From positions 558,001-622,000 of the forward strand of contig OY253673.1 of assembly GCA_958009085.1 (NCBI GenBank): a DNA stretch of 64,000 nt. The letters run 5' to 3'. The notes beneath the pieces are model-generated. The model searched no databases, was not told the DNA's origin, and worked only from the letters and a program-made list of their open reading frames with translations. Source of the stretch: Protoeuglena noctilucae (lineage: Eukaryota). Both the position numbers and the translations under genes were made by a program. Positions 52,819 to 63,100 of the stretch are shown here, piece by piece; the first letter of the stretch is position 1; every line of letters begins with the position of its first letter.

Positions 52819-55436
52819 TCACGGGAAGAGCTCCGCGAGCGTGCAACGCACGCCGCCGCCTCCGAGCTCCTCCAGCGTGTCGATGGGCGCGTGGTGGATG
52901 GCCGCCACGTGCCGCAGGATCGCCTCCCGCTGCTCTGGGGTGAAGGCGTTGTACGATCGCGTAGACATGGCCATCACGGGCAGGTTCCACCGGTTGCGGA
53001 CCTCAAGCACGTTGCCGCACTGCGGAAGCACGAAAGCAGCAGTCCGTGTTCGCGTCGCAAACGCGGTGCAATCATCATGGCCAGCAAAGGGCCCACCCAG
53101 ATGCTCCGTCACGGCCAGCTCCGGCAAATGACTCTCTGCAGAGTCGCTGCTCGCAACAGACTTCCACCCCCCCGCGTGGCTCACCAGTGCCTCCATCTGC
53201 GCGGCCGTGATGTCGACGACCTCGTGCCGTCGCGACAGGCTCGCGTGCAGAGCAGCGCGCTCCGCCGGGTCCGCCACGCTCTCCAGGCACACGACCGCCA
53301 CGCCCGTGCCCACGGCCATCATGACGTTCGTGTGGTAGACGGGGCTGCCCCGGTTGGTCGAGTGGAACGTCACGAGGTCGTACCCCATGCGGTCCGCCCA
53401 CTTGGCCGCCAGGGCAGCGTCCGAGCGCTCTGCGGGACATCCAGCGCCACACAGTGAGGCACTGCTACGAGGACGCATGTCGTGACGAACAAGACAGGGC
53501 CAAGCGCAGGGGCTCGCTGGCGCAACCAAGCAAGCGCCTGCCGCACCGGACAGGGCCACGTAGGCGACGCGCCCGGGGCGGTCCAGAACCAGAGACCCCG
53601 TCCCCTCGAAGTACCGCCCCTCGCGCTCCTCCTTCGACATGTCGACCACGTTGGCATACCGACCCAGGCCGCGCACGTACTGCACCAGGTCCGGGCGGCG
53701 CTCTCGGCGCCTGGGAGCACAGCACAAAGTGGCATGGTACGGAGGTGGGGTGGTGCGGTAGAGACTATCGAGGGTTGCACGCTCGTTAGCACCCGCGTGT
53801 GGATTGGACAAGGAGAGGCGTCGTTCTGGCACTGCTATAGGCACCTGTTCTCGACCTTCATGGGGTAGAAACACAATGTGCCCCCCGGCTGGCTTCCGAC
53901 GAGCTCTGCCGCCGGGTGCGTGGAGAACCAGTTGTTGGGGAAGCAGGCGTCGGGCGTGTCGTGCTCTGCAAGCCAAGCGCGGAGCGCAGCCTTTGATGTC
54001 CCAAGGATCGCATCGCCGGTCCCCATAGTATGCACTGTCCCCATACTTCTATGCACTGCGCCCGCCCTGACGCCCGCAATGGCTCGCTCACCGATCCCGT
54101 GCTCGAAGAGGTGGACCTTGACCCCCGCTCGGTCCCGCAGCTCAGACACGAGACCCGCGAACTCCTCCAGCACCCGCTGTGTCGGGGACGCGTCACCCCG
54201 GCGCATGAACTTGTTGTCCTGTGCCGCAGGAGGGCCCCCCGGGTGTCAGAAACCCACCCAGGCGCATCCGAGCGACAACAGCGGCACTGCTTCCGGGCAT
54301 AATCAGAGTGCAAGAGTTGTTCGGCAATGACAGGCTCACCTGCGCGGCCTGCTCGTTGAAGACGAAGGCGGTGGGCGAGACCATGAGGACCTCATTCGAG
54401 CTCTGGAGGGCCCGGGAGGGGAGCGGCTGGGCGGCTGCCGGGTCCGGGCAGACGTTGACGACGACGCCGGCCGCGTGGAGCGCATGGAGGACGTCGACGG
54501 ACGCCACGTCGAGGTGGAGCTGGCCGGTCGGGGAGCGCTGGTAGAGGTTGACCGTGACACGCCCGGCCGGGCGGCATATCCCGGCGGCCACGGCCACCTG
54601 ACCGGGGCCGATCTCGCGAAGGATCGAGGAGAGCTTCACGGGTGGCGCGCCGTCCGCGGTGAAGGGCTGCCGCACCACCGCGACCGTGGCGGTCCCTGCA
54701 CGCGACGCGAGGCAGGCGGGGATCGGGGGATCGGCGCGACCGGCGCGGCGCTGCGGACTTGCGCGGCGCTGCCTCCCGATGGAATGGCGCACGAACCTGC
54801 GACTTTATGGCCGTTGGGCACCTCCAGCGTCGCAGGGTCGAGGGTGACGGACGGTCCTGCGAGCGACGCGATGAAAGCCGCGTTTCCGCACCACTTGCAC
54901 CTTGAGATGGTTGGCCCTGAGGCAGCTGCGGAGAGCATCGCGGAAATGGTGCGGGATCCGACCCGGGAGGGCTCACCGTACTGCCGTTGCTTGGGGGCGT
55001 GGATGGCGATGGACTTGACCTTGCCGTGGACCAACAACACGCCCGTGTCCTTTGTCTCATTCTTCTCCGCAGTCGAGGAGAAGGCACCGGAGGATATGCG
55101 CGTCAGGGACGATGCAGCCGCCCCAATCCCGCTCCTTGCCGCCTCCCACGCGGAGGACAGCAAGGAGCGCCTCAAAACTTGTGCAGACATTTCAGCTGAA
55201 AGCAGCTGCGGTCCGTGAATGCAGGAAAATGGCTGTTGAAGCTCGCCCTGTTGAATGCGACGTGCAACTGGCGCCTTGCTGTAGGTCCTTCTGGGCAGTG
55301 CCCGATATCGCGCCCCGCATCTCCCACCCGTGGCATCATGCGTGCAAGTCGATGGCGCTACCACTGCCCGCAGCGCGTGCGCTCGGCTCAGCAAACTCCA
55401 GGGGCGCGCTGGCGCACGAAGCGTGTTTAACCGCAT
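52819..55436 (-). CDS. Amidinotransferase/pentein-superfamily hydrolase (bacterial CtlX/FN0238-like) with an extra N-terminal region; start uncertain
   Basis: VLMVSPTAFVFNEQAAQDNKFM, TPDACFPNNWFSTH, YPMK..RRRERR, EGTGSLVLD, YHTNVMM, CGNVLE, GGGGVRCTLAELF. Confidence 0.85.
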
Positions 55437-55538
55437 GAGCGCGCCTTCCTAGCCTCACGTGGCTTAGCGCGGAGCTTGCGCGGAATCGGCAGGCAGAGAT
55501 GGCCGCCCTGCTGGCTCTCAGGGTATCGATTCCTCGGC

Positions 55539-55550
55539 GTTAGGGTTAGG
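55539..55550. promoter_or_regulatory. Telomere-like (TTAGGG)x2 / telo-box-like motif in a putative bidirectional promoter
   Basis: GTTAGGGTTAGG; related AACCCTAG/CTAGGGTT motifs occur in the divergent spacers at ~45088 and ~50254. Confidence 0.35.
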
Positions 55551-55737
55551 CGCACATACGCGTTTGGGGCCCGCATGGTGCGTCCCTGGGCCTTGCACCG
55601 TGCAGTTCTCCGGGTTTGGCGCTAGGCGGGGAGTTTCAGCTGGCGCTGGTCTCGGCCACGGGGAACCTTGAAGGGTCTGAAGTCGTCCCATGAAGTACCT
55701 CCATGGAGCTCCACTCCTATGGTGGTGCTCCACGGTA

Positions 55738-56199
55738 TGACTCCAAGCCCTTCGAGGTGACGACCCCTCGCACCATGGCCATCTCGTTCGCCCATTTGGG
55801 CCTGCCAGTCCGTCCTAAGGAGCTTCAGCGGGCCAAGTACCTTCGCCTCCCAGTGCAGGTGCCAATGTTTTTGCTTTTATGGAAGTGTCGGCGAGGCCAT
55901 ATTGATGCACGGCTATTGCAAGGATAAGAAGGGCGCCATGTGCACGTGCATGTACACGTGCGTGCGCGCGCCCTTCTCCCCCTTGCAATCTCCGTGCACC
56001 ACCATTGCCTCGCCAGGCACCTCCATGAAGCAGAAAGTTGCCATCTGCATAGGGAGGTGGCGGACAAGGGAAGTACTCGGCCTGCTTCAGCTCGTTGGAA
56101 CGGACTGGCAGGCCCAGGCCCAAACAAGATGGCCATGGGGCGAGGGGGGTCGTGATGACGGAGGAGGCCACCAAAGAGCCTCAGAGGGTATGCGGGTCA
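55738..56199 (+). ncRNA. Long imperfect stem-loop 1 (candidate pri-miRNA/hairpin RNA)
   Basis: Arms 55760-55936 and 55968-56153 are reverse-complementary with mismatches and bulges; basal helices 55748-55757/56179-56188 and 55738-55743/56194-56199. Confidence 0.6.
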
Positions 56200-56503
56200 G
56201 TGCAGCGGCCAAGCCGTGTCACAATGCGTTTGATCCGTGGGCACCCTGCACACTCCCCCGTCACCGGAGGGGTGCCTGCACTCTCACGTATCCGCCACTA
56301 CCCTCCCCGCACCAACCGCAACCCCTCGCCCATTCACCGCAGCCCCACAAGGAAATTGGGTATCCCCGCCCCGCCGTCCGCTTCCGTCGCCTCCGCCCCC
56401 GTCCCCACCGCGGCCCCCGCTGCCCCATCCCCCATCACTGTGTCCTCCTCCCCTACCCATCATTCACCTGCACCCTCCCTCATTCGCAAGAACCGAACGT
56501 CCT

Positions 56504-56771
56504 TGCCACACTTACCATGCCTCCAGGTCCCCCCGAAATGTTCGTCAACGTGGCAGTCGTATAGCTGCGCTGCGCATATAACGACACATGTGCGCCATGA
56601 CTTTGTAGGTGGGACACAGCGCCTTCGGCACGCCACTGTTGCGTTCCTCCTGCCGCTGTGCCCCTCCCATGAGGCCATGGTGCGTGTGTGCCATTTTATG
56701 CGCCGCGTAGCTTTACGACTGCCACGTTGACGAGCATTGGGGGGGGCCTGGAGGCGGCGGTGGGTGTGGCA
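56504..56771 (+). ncRNA. Pre-miRNA-like stem-loop 2 (core of a larger fold-back, ~56210-57156)
   Basis: 25-bp helix 56537-56561/56714-56738 with one G:U; flanking helices GCCACACTTACC/GGTGGGTGTGGC and GCCTCCAGGTCCCCCC/GGGGGGCCTGGAGGC; wobbles are G:U on the + strand. Confidence 0.7.
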
Positions 56772-56898
56772 GCGATGCTCCTTTGCTGAAAGAGGAGGTG
56801 GGTGCTAGGCTTCTCGAGGAGCTTGATATTGGCGTGCTGGGGCAGAATGGGGAGGGTGAGGAGGGTGGGGGGAGGGTGGGGAGGGTGTTGTGTGCTGT

Positions 56899-57039
56899 GT
56901 AGTGGGGCAGGCTAGGGAGTGTGAGGAGGGTGGGGTCAGTGAGGGGAGGGTAGCAGGGCAGGCTAGGGAGGGGGAAGAGGGTGGGGTGAGGGGGGGAGGG
57001 TAGTGGGGCAGGCTAGGGAGGGAGGGGAGGGTGGGGAGG
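56899..57039 (+). repeat. About three diverged copies of a ~50-bp G-rich unit (core GGGCAGGCTAGGGAG)
   Basis: Units start at 56899, 56950 and 57000. Confidence 0.75.
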
Positions 57040-57288
57040 CGCCAATGCGATGTGCCTTGCGCCTGGCTCGCTGCGGCAGGGCTAAGACGCGCGTCTGCGT
57101 GGCGGCGCGGCGCCGTCATCTGTGGCGATGCCGGGAGTGTCCACGGTTTCGGCTTGCTCGTTGAAAGTCATTCTATGACCTTGAAGGGCCCTGACGGTCC
57201 ACGCTCAATGTGCGCCCTGTCACAAGGCGAGGTCAACCCCGCCAGTTCGAGTTTAGAGTAAACATAGAACATATTAGTTTCTACAGAG

Positions 57289-58440
57289 TTACACTTTACA
57301 CGTCAGCGCCGACAGCAGACGGGCGAGGTGGGCCCCGTCGACCCACGAGGCGACGCGAGGCAGAGAGCTCTCTCCCAGACGGCGGTCTAGCTGCATGTCG
57401 TGGCCCAACGCCCCCTCGTCCAGCTCCTCGCAGCCAATCTCGCGCAGCTGCGAGTAGAGCGCGGCCAGGGCCGGGGCCGGCTCTCCCGAGGGCGCATGGG
57501 ACTGACCGGCGCGGCCTGGGTGGCGCCTGGCCAAGGCGATGAGCCCCTTGCCGCCCGCGAGGCAAGGGCACACGTCGTTGGACCCGTCGCCGACGTAGAC
57601 GATGCGGTGGAGAGGCCCGGGGAGGCCCTGGACCACCTCCCGCAGGATGTCCGCCTTGCATTGATTTCGGGGACACCTCGGGCAGCCGTGGAGAGGGCGA
57701 TCAGTCCGCGACTCCCACGGCACCTCCGGGCCTGCGTCCGCCATTGTGCCCGCGTCCGCCACGCTCGGCTCGCAGCCGTCCCTCGCCATGTCCGCCAGTC
57801 GCCCGCAGAAGGGGCGGACGCGCAGGGCGGCTGGTGCGCCTCCTGCTCCTCCCACAAACTCGGCAGGGTTTGTCAAGACCCTGTCGCCGAATGCCTTGGA
57901 CAGCCCTGGGCACAAGAGGAGGTCTCCTGATGCTGGGCAAGGGGCAAGAACTGACCAAGTCTGCCTAAGGACCCAGGAATGCACCACAGCCAGCATTAGG
58001 TCCCTGCAGCATGCTCGCCGTGTTGCTCCAACACATGGCGGATGAAGAGGGAGTTGGCGTCCGAGGCGAGGGCGAAGACGACACCGGCGTCGGATGCATC
58101 CCGAATCGCTCTGGCCACGTCGCGGTGCAGGGGCAGCGCCCGGCACGCACGCTCCACGTTAGCGGGGCCCTTCCCGCGCTCGCCCGTGGCGACACGGAAG
58201 CAAAGGTCCATGAGGACCGTCCACTGGAGGTGCCTGTTCTCCTGCGGCCGAGGTCGCTCGTGGCAGCTCGGCTCAGCTCGTGGCAGCTCGGCTGGTGGCA
58301 GGCAAACGGGCGAGGCAGCGCACCTGGTACACATCGGCCACCCCGAGCTCCTGCACCAGCCGCGTATCGCTGTTGTCGTCGATCAGCGACCAGTCAAAGT
58401 CAAACATCACAAGCAAGGGCGCTCTTGCGGGGTGCGACAT
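57289..58440 (-). CDS. HAD-superfamily PHOSPHO1/2-like phosphatase
   Basis: MFDFDWSLIDDNSD, SDANSLFI, TNPA, CPRCPRNQCK, IVYVGDGSNDVCP. Confidence 0.9.
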
Positions 58441-58861
58441 CGGATTGAGGCGTTGGCGCCGCCGCCAACGTCCCTTTAAATGCCTGTCGCGCCGAACAAA
58501 CATGCATATCCCCAGCGTCATGACAGCCTCGGCGGCTTCGTCGTGCTGCCGAGCAAGCGCAAAATGCACGACTCTAAGAGGCCGTCGGCGCGCATGACTT
58601 CGCATGCCAGTGGGAACGGTGTCGCGCGCTTAAAAGGAGCTCTGGGGCCGCGTCGACGCCGTTGATGTTTGCACGGATCCACTCTCCATCATCTCACTGC
58701 GCCACAGTCACGCCCCACGCTTCGAGGAGCTGCAACGGAGGAAGGGATGCTCGCGCAGGTGCGCGGAACGGCTGCAAGCGCATCGCTCGATTGCGTTGCA
58801 TTCTTTCGCATCCTGTCGCCCGGCCTAGCCCCATGCCCGTGCGCGCCGTAGTGCTCCCGCA

Positions 58862-59791
58862 ATGGCTGGCCGCAAAGTGCGCCACGGTGCCCCCGATGTG
58901 CGCCTTCGTCGTGGCGCAATCGCCTCCTCAGCCCAATCCGTGCGTTTAGCTCCTAGATATCCGATGTGGCCGTGCCGAGAGCTCCCGTGCGAGCGGCCTC
59001 GAGGGACCCTCGCCCGATGTCGCGGATGGCCGGGGACCCGCCACCCGAGCTGCACCATCAAGCTCTTTGTAGCCGTTTTTAGACCCCGGCGTGCCCCCGC
59101 GCCGCATTCCGACCCCCGCACTGCCGCCCCGGCCCGCTGCGATCCTTTGGTCCCGAATCACTGGGCCGTGCGCCGCGCCCCGCCTTCTGCAGCGGTGGTC
59201 GCGGCCGTTCACACCCCGATGCGGCCGCTAAGGCCCCGACCGCGCCGGCCCGCTGCCCGTGAAGAGCTCCCCGGACACGCCTGCGCAGGTGCGCCTGTCG
59301 GGCCTTGCGGCTCCCTGCGCTACGCCGGCGCGCCGGCCTCGGGCGGTCGCGGTGCGCGCCGAGGAGAAGGATGCCAACACCACGACGTCGGAGGGCGGGC
59401 CCAAGTTCTCCTTTGAGATGAACAAGCTGGCGGGTGCGGCTTGGCACGAGCACCGGCTGCACCTGCCGCCTGCGAAGCGCCCGCGGCCGCTGAGTCACCC
59501 CGCGCCGCGTGCCTCGACGCAGGGGTGGGCTACCAGAGCGAGGACTCGGCGGGCCAGCAGAACATCTTCGCCGTGGAGCCCAAGCAGTACGTGGCGCAGG
59601 ACAACACGGTGGGGGGCGGCTCGCTGGTGGGCGTGGGGTCTCTGATCGCGCTCGCGCTGCTGGGGGGTGGCCTGACGGCGCTGATCAACACGGACGGGGG
59701 CGCGGCGGAGGATATGTCGGGGTACAAGACGGCCACCGAGTACGCCCAGGCGTTCCGGGCAGCGGGCTCCGCGCCCTCCACGCAGATCTGA
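58862..59791 (+). CDS. Small single-pass thylakoid protein, MPH1-like; first exon uncertain
   Basis: Transit-peptide end RAVAVRA, motif GVGYQSEDSAGQQNIFAVEPKQYVA, one TM helix, then DMSGYKTATEYAQAF. Confidence 0.6.
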
Positions 59792-60106
59792 CGGGCGCCT
59801 CTGTCACAGAGACGTTCCGTTCGTGTTTCGTTGTCCCCGTCTCGCCGGCTGCTCTGCGCCTAGCCGCGCTCCCTCCCCAGCTTGCATGATGTCAGGCTCA
59901 CTAGGGCAGCTCCCTGCCCCCAGCGCTACCCTGCGCCCTCGCCGCATTGAATGGTCATGCCCTCGTCCATACGCGTGGCATAGACAGCAAGGCATGGCCT
60001 CCAGATGGTATCTGTTCTATGCCTCAAGATGCCGCAATGCAAGACGCCGCAATGCAGGGGCCAACGGCCGTTAGCCCTACTCGGCATTCTCTGGCACGTC
60101 CCCTCA

Positions 60107-63100
60107 CTAGCGCGCCCCTTCCAATCCCGACACGGTGTCCGTCAGGGCTTGGTGGAAGGCCGTGGCGTGGCCCACGCGTGTCTCCCACGACGCTGCCAGC
60201 ATGCCGTGGATGCGCACATGGGGCAGCCCAGACGCAGAGCACATCGGGACCCGCGACACCTGCGCGGCAGCAGACGAGGGCGGGAGTCGGCTGCAGAAAC
60301 CTGCCTTGCTAAGCCGCGTGGAAGTGGGAGTGCAATGTGGTTCGGTCACATACCAAGTGCCAGGCAGCCGCATCGCTCCGTGGGACGCCCACTTTGGCTC
60401 ACCTTGGCCCCGCAGAGGTGACAGAACTGAGAAGGCCGGCCTCCCTGGAGAGTCCCCACGATGCGTACCATGGTCCCTAACGCAGGCGCGTGCTTGACGA
60501 CGTCTTTTTCGTCGATCACGAGCCCGGGGGGCGGCGGCGCGACCGTGAAGGGCCGTGCACGGAAAGCCGACACCCCATCCACCGTGCGCGCGCTCCAGGG
60601 CCGGGGCTGCCGTACCCCGTGGCCTCCGTGCGCCCCGTCGCCGTTTGCCAGAGGCCCTCCGTCCCCCGCTGCGTTGGCGGCGGCCTTGGACCCCGGCGCG
60701 TGCGCCGACTGCGGACGCTCCGCCCGCCGTCCCTTGCCAGCCACCTGCGGCGTCCACACCCCCGTGGTGCTGTCCACAGCCGCCGGCCTCGTCGTCGGCG
60801 CCAGGGCGTCCTCGGACCGCGACAGCGCCAGGATGCTCGACCGACCCGCTGTGCCGGCCGGCGTGACGGGGTGCGTGGGGGCCATCGAAGCCGACGTCCG
60901 ACGTGCGCGAGGGCGACTTGGGGCGGCCGCGGTAGGGCACGTCCTTGCTCAGGGCCCTGCGGAGCATCTCCTCCGCCTCCGCCTCACGCACCGACCAGTT
61001 GCCCAGCGCGGGGTGCCGCAGGGGCTGCGCCGACAGGGGCAGGCCGTCGGGCCCGGGGCGCGCACCCTCCACGACCGAGGCGCCAGACGCGCGCGCGTGG
61101 CCCAGCGCGCTCGGGGGCCGCGAGCGCGAGCGGGGCGACACCCTTCCGATCGCAGGGACCTCGAAGTCGGCACCCGCCAGGCGGCCGAACAGCGGCGAGA
61201 TGGGCTCCCGCTGGGGGCTCGGCGCGCGATGGGCGCCGGCTGTTGCGCCGCGCGACTTGGTCACGGGGGCGCTGCCGGGCCGCGCGTCCCGTCGTCGGCC
61301 AGGGCGGTGCGCCAGGGCCGCAGGCGCGGCCGCCGCATCGGCAGCGAAGGGACTGGGGCTGCCCAGGATGTCCTGAGCCCCCCACTGTGCCGCCAGCCCC
61401 GGCGTCTCTGCCCAGGCCATCGGCACCGTGTCGCCTGGGGTGCCCAGGACGGCGCTGTTGCGCACCGTGGCGGCGGCGCGGTCGCTGGCGCCGCTGCCGT
61501 GGGGCGCGAGCCCGCGGGGCCGCGGGGGGCTGCTGGAGACGGGCGTGGCGACCCTCCGGAGCCAGCTGGCGTCGTCCTGGGTCGCGGTCATGTGCGCGGG
61601 CATGGATGGTCCCTGGGCCGCCCATGCGTCCGCCACAGCCTTGCGGGTCATCGCCGACGACATGCGCGCGAGCTCGAGCTGCCGCTGCGCCGTGCGCCGG
61701 ATGTTGCGCAAACGCCGCTCGCCCTCGTCCGCCCCGGGGAGCTTCTCAGCGTACGGAGACACCCCCGAGGGCTTAGAGCCTCGTGGACCCTTGGCAGGAG
61801 GTGACACGAGCACCTCGTAGCCGGCGGGAACGGGGGCGGCGCCCGACGGCGGCCCATGCTCAATGGCGAAGGGGCGTGAGTCGGGGCGCCATGCGTCGGG
61901 CATGGGGCGCGATGCCGAGGGGGGCCGGGCGTTGCTGCGAGCGGAGGCAGGGCGCCTTGGAGCCCCGCCGGACGCCGGCGCGGGTCCGCGCGGGGCCTGG
62001 GGCCCCTTGGCGCTCCTGGGCCTGGGGCGGCGGGTGGGCGACGGGCGCTTCTCCCGCGGCGACGCCTCGTCCGGGCCCGCAACGCCCGGTGCATAGTCCC
62101 AGTGGCCGTCGACCGGGGCCCGGGGCGGCGAAGCACGGCTCGCGCTGCCGTCCGCGGCGGGCCACCCCGCCTGCCCCAAGCCTGGCCCGTCCGCCGGTCG
62201 GGGCGGGGTGCGCCACTGCGGCATTGGGCCGTCCCGCGCCTCCGAAGGGGGCGCGCCGGGACTCCCAGCGTCCGCTGCGGTCCCGCCCCGTCCCTCCTGG
62301 GCCTTGAGCGCCTCGCAGACCTTGACGTACCGCCTCATCTCGTCCTCCAGATGGCTCCGTGCCTCGAGGATGGCCGCCAGCCTTGCCTCTAACTGCTCGA
62401 GAGGCGACAGGCTCGACGCGGGGTCGATGAGGCTGTCCAGGTCCGCGGCAGTGCCCCCGGAGCCCTGGGCGGGCGCGGGGGTCGCCGCCGCATCCTCGGG
62501 GTCGTGTGTTGGGTCGACCCCCGCAGCTGGGGCAGGTGTCTCGGCTCGGGCCCGCTCCCGCGCGGCGCAGTGAACGACGCGGTGTCGGAAGAGCCCGGCG
62601 TCGAGGCAGGCGTGGGAGCAGAAGAGGGACTCCCCGCAGTCGGGACAAAGGCACGGGAGAGGGAAGCCGGTGGCGCCGCACTCCCGGCAGGCGCCCTTGG
62701 CCGCTCGCTGCTTCTCCATGCGGGCCTTGACGGGGCCCACGCATCTCCGCGCCTGCCGCCCGCGCTCGAACGCCTGTATCTTAATTGCGGCCGCCACCTG
62801 CGCGTCGGCACGCAGCCGCATCTCCATCTCCCGCATCGCCTCGCGGGCCTGCAAGCCCCGCTCGAGCACCTCCGAAGCCAGTCCCGCGTTCTGCTGCGAA
62901 GCAAGAGGCGACCGACAAGCGCTCAGCGGCTCAGCGCCACCCTCCATGCCTGTCGTCTGCACCCAGCCCACACAACTGCCCTACATCCTGCGCGTATCAG
63001 CCAACAGCACCCCACGCGCGCTTGCAATCAAGCTTTGTTTAGACGAGACCCTCACCTGCCCCTCCAGCGACTGCCGGAGCTGGTCGATGCGATGCACCTC

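Noticed and set aside
55902..56730. ORFs of 220 and 211 aa inside the hairpin locus
   Set aside because: Low-complexity, Pro-rich translations of the C-rich tract with no motifs; the sequence is better explained by base pairing
56899..57039. CRISPR-like interpretation of the ~50-bp periodic repeats
   Set aside because: Eukaryotic context, degenerate G-rich units without unique spacers, and no cas genes
59289..59791. PsbR as the identity of the small thylakoid gene
   Set aside because: It lacks the PsbR GVY..KYGANVDGYSPIY motif
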